Below are positions 63,238 to 64,000 of a stretch of 64,000 nucleotides of DNA, piece after piece. The stretch covers positions 151,344,001 through 151,408,000 of the forward strand of contig CM059432.1 of assembly GCA_030390025.1 (NCBI GenBank), read 5' to 3'. Each line of letters starts with the position of its first letter. The stretch's first letter is position 1. The stretch comes from Squalus acanthias. Lineage: Eukaryota. The notes beneath the pieces are model-generated. The model ran no database searches, was not told the DNA's origin, and saw nothing but the letters and a program-made list of their open reading frames with translations. Both the position numbers and the translations under genes were made by a program.

Positions 63238-63714
63238 CCTTCACCACACGGACTGCAGCGGATCAAGGCGGCGGCTCACCACCACCTTCTCAAGGGCAAT
63301 TAGGGATGGGCAATAAATGCTGGCCTTGACAGCGACGCCCACATCCCATAAACAAATAAAATTAATAAATAAACACCGACATGGACCTGTTGGGCCGAAT
63401 GGCCTGTTTCTGTGCTGTAAACACTGTGTAATTCCAGCGATACTTAAAGGATCAGAAGCTGCAGTAAGGGAAAGCTGGAAGCATATCTGGCACTCATTTT
63501 TCCTTGATTTTGTTGGGTGTTTTGAGCCTTAACACCTCCTCAACTTCAACTCCTTGCTGCTGGGTGTGCTCTTTAAATGTCTCTGACACTGGGATAAGCT
63601 GCTCCATTGATTCACCCCTCCCCCCAACAGATCATTCCAGCCCTCCCCTTTAAGCTGCTGCAGCATGCCATTGTTGGTGTCTGCCTGAAGGATTTCTACC
63701 CTCCCTTGTTCTAC

Positions 63715-63890
63715 TTATGTTGTTGGTTCCTACATGGACCACAACAACTGGATCCTCCCCCTCCCACTCCAAGTTCTTCTCCAGCCACGAGGAGATGGCA
63801 CTGGGCAGGCAACGCAACCTTCGGAACTCCCAGTCGTGGCTGCAGAGAACAGCATCTATCCCCCTGACTATACTGCCCCCACTTTCCTTT
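63715..63890 (-). mobile_element. Degraded CR1 ORF1 esterase fragment
   Basis: Minus strand WEGEDPVVVVHVGTN. Confidence 0.7.
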
Positions 63891-64000
63891 TCACTTCCCC
63901 CACTTGCCCGTCTGCTACCTGATGCTGCTACTCCATTTGTGCATTATATTAGACAGAGTGGTCGCATATAGCAGTCATAAACGGAGTGCATCATAAACAG

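Overview
Repeat-saturated vertebrate genomic DNA, most likely from a shark or other cartilaginous fish (inferred from HE1/V-SINE, Deu-domain SINE and abundant CR1-type LINEs). I found no intact host protein-coding gene. Every long ORF is a CR1-clade LINE ORF2 (APE endonuclease + RT) or ORF1 (zinc finger + SGNH esterase) fragment, a PIF/Harbinger remnant (Myb/SANT-like gene and HARBI1-like transposase), an RTE 3' end, or low-complexity minisatellite. Elements are nested up to three levels deep, many with readable target-site duplications (TSDs). Highlights: (1) a 137-bp near-perfect palindrome at 37530-37666 with a minimal hammerhead ribozyme on each strand (Penelope-like); (2) a 992-bp solo LTR with a 4-bp TSD inside a Harbinger Myb exon; (3) a perfect TGACGTCA about 135-175 bp inside five separate Harbinger termini; (4) a 2.7-kb purine/pyrimidine-skewed GAGCTC minisatellite; (5) several unique AT-rich islands that may be enhancers. 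Family assignments come from motif recognition only; no database search was run.
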